From NCBI RefSeq assembly GCF_001194135.2, contig NC_068984.1:26530461-26583984 (forward strand): a stretch of DNA of 53,524 nucleotides. Reading direction: 5' to 3'. The stretch comes from Octopus bimaculoides (Eukaryota). Positions within the stretch are counted from its first letter, which is position 1, and every line of letters begins with the position of its first letter. Below, in pieces: positions 51,300 through 53,524 of this stretch. The notes under the pieces were generated by a model. It was not told the DNA's origin. It worked only from the letters and a program-made list of their open reading frames with translations, and made no database searches. Position numbers and translations under genes: made by a program.

Positions 51300-51345
51300 G
51301 ACACCTGATAAAGGCTGGAGGGTATATCAGCCGAAACGTTGTGTA
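51300..51345 (+). ncRNA. Minimal hammerhead-like motif (right arm), core mutated (CTGATAA)
   Basis: GACAC-CTGATAA-A-GGCTG...CAGCC-GAAA-CGT-T-GTGT; G8->A relative to the other copies. Confidence 0.45.
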
Positions 51346-53011
51346 AACAACAAAGATGAGGTCAAATATTCGTCAAATGTAAATAATGTAAATAATGTAA
51401 ATAATTTCTCAATTCTTAAATATAGAACTAGAAAACATTTGCAAAACTACTTGTCTATAAATACAATATGTTTGATTATGCATCATTTGTATAGTAGAAT
51501 TAAAAGTCAATTTTTTTCACAGATAAAAGAGAAAGAAAATCACTATGGTAATACATTTCAAATCTGTCATTCTGTATAGAAGATTTCCATTAAGTTTATT
51601 TTATTCGTGAATGCTTCAGTTTTATTGAGAATCTTTGTATTCTCCTCTTGCAGAGACTCGAACTAGTACCAATTCTCATCACGAAAGAGTAATTTTCACT
51701 TAAAAACAAACACTAAGTCGAAAACGTGTCTCAAAGATAGTTTATTTGACAGACACCGTTCTTCAACATGCAATAATATTTTGCTGAACTCGCATCGCTT
51801 ATCCTAATATGAATCTGCATTCAAGCAGTTATTCAACACGTGACTTTTAATGAAGTTGATAGTTTTAACTCTATGTTGTATTACCACACTTGTTCTGATG
51901 AAATGTTTAAGCCATAAAAGCTTCTCCATGAAACATATAATTAATGAATTAATAGATAAATTGCTTTTAGATTGAGATTTAACTTGAAATCCTGCCATTT
52001 CGCACAGTAATTAGCATTGGATTTCTTTTTTGTGTCTATGTCCTTAAAATTGGCGTACTCTCAGAAAATATCTACTCGTACGTCTGTCAAATGGCCGGCA
52101 AAACAGTCTGTTTCTGTATAGTGTATTCCTACGAATATCTGACAAATACACCAATATATGAGTCGTATTTGTAATGGTGGTCGTTCGAGATTTGACTGCA
52201 GTATCTTGCAGGTCAAACGATACGTAAGAGCGACTCGAAAACTCCAGCTATTGGTAGCTTAGAACTATGTATAATTCAATAGCTAGACTGGTTTAGGTGA
52301 AGAAGTTTTTGACATATATAATAATTGCACCAAGGCATCACTGAAAACTGTTTTAAATCTGCTTATGAAACATACTAATTAATTAATTCAACTAATTCTT
52401 CTTCATATGTTCATTTCAATTCTATGGCAAAATATTGGAGAAAATAACAAAATGAGTAGAACATTTAGGTTGTGAATTTTTTTTTCTCGTAGTGTAATAG
52501 CAATGAAAGTTTAGAAATAACAACCGAAAATTAAAGTCATTCGTAATTTATTTCTTCTATGATGATGATGATGAAGTTGATGATGATGAAGTTGATGATG
52601 ATGAAGTTGATGATGATGATGATAATGATGATGATGATGATGATGCTGTTGCTGCTGATGATATATCTTTGCTTATCCTATTTTTAGTTTTTCTTTCGAA
52701 TAACCTTTCAATTTTTTTATTTTTGAGGCTTAAATTATTCAGGATGTTTTGGCGACCGATCATTAAGAAGAATTCTTAGAATTCGAAAATCAGGCGGCAG
52801 TACTCACTAATGAGAGAGAGAGAGGAAAGAAAAAGAGAGAAGGGATGAGGGATCAAGTGAGTGAAAGTGGGGTTGGTTGGGTTGAGAAGAATAGAAAAAC
52901 GTATGCTTGTTGGTGGTCAACATTCTGTCACACCTAAATATACAATTCTATTCATTTCCGGCACTGCTGCCGAGTCGACCATTAAATACAATGAACAGGA
53001 CATAAACAACT

Positions 53012-53042
<31 letters not shown>

Positions 53043-53289
53043 TCTATTTATTTATTCTTTTGTTTATTTGCTTGTTGGTACATTTAGCTTCAGGTCAAAC
53101 TTGATGTATAAATCTATGATTAAAGTTGTTCAAGCCACAACCATTCCCTTATATCACGTGTATCAATTAATGTATTTCTCCAAGACGGTAGGGTGCGAGT
53201 TGAAAGGAATTAGACTTCTCTATTTGACTGGGCGAGCGACTGTTTCGAGACCTTCGTAGAATGGTTTCAATAACAACTTTCTCTTCTAT

Positions 53290-53430
53290 ATTTTACTTGT
53301 TTCAGTCATTACAGTGCGGCCAAGCTGGAGTACCTCTTCAAGAATTTTAGTCGAACGAATCGACTCTTGTACACATTTTTTTAAAGACTGGTACATATTC
53401 CATCAGTCTCTTGCCAGGCTTCTAAATTAT
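53290..53430 (-). mobile_element. SINE family A tail, diverged
   Basis: TTTTACTTGTTTCAGTCATTACAGTGCGGCCAAGCTGGAG...TAGTCGAACGAATCGAC. Confidence 0.75.
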
Positions 53431-53473
53431 GGAGTCTGGGAGACAACACGCGCGCGCGCGCACACACGCTCAC

Positions 53474-53524
<51 letters not shown>

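Larger units (their letters stand above)
50922..51429. mobile_element. Palindromic tRNA-head/(AAT)n/Penelope-like-tail element, copy 2
   Basis: Symmetry centre at 51090-51091 (CCACTACGCCATGTGCCC-AC-GGGCATATGGCGTAGTGG). Right arm complete: head 51092-51165, (AAC/AAT)n, tail 51250-51429. Left arm: tail 50922-51068 fused to a partial head. Confidence 0.85.

Overview
AT-rich, microsatellite-dense eukaryotic scaffold with about 13 N-gaps. The SINE repertoire and repeat style look like an octopus (coleoid cephalopod) genome; this is recognised from the repeats, not proven. Only one convincing host coding exon is present: a minus-strand 562-nt first exon (19564->19003; strong ATG context, GTAAGT donor). 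It encodes a Gly/Ser/Pro/Tyr/Asn-rich N-terminus typical of a developmental transcription factor. Its DNA-binding exon was not found in the window. Nearly all other ORFs in the track are microsatellite, gap or SINE read-throughs. The rest is retroelement debris: three tRNA-headed SINE families (labelled A, B, C here), a decayed HERO/NeSL-type (R2-superfamily) LINE, and fragments resembling Tx1/L1, RTE, CR1 and mariner. Two potential systems stand out. (1) A palindromic element built from a Pol III tRNA-like head, an (AAT)n spacer and a Penelope-type tail carrying a minimal hammerhead-ribozyme motif; there are two near-complete copies and one older relative. (2) A Tx1-like LINE 3' tail, shared with a SINE-B subfamily, that repeatedly joins just after the D-loop GG of tRNA-like SINE heads. 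No bacterial-type features (CRISPR, rRNA, operons) are supported. Novelty could not be checked without database searches.
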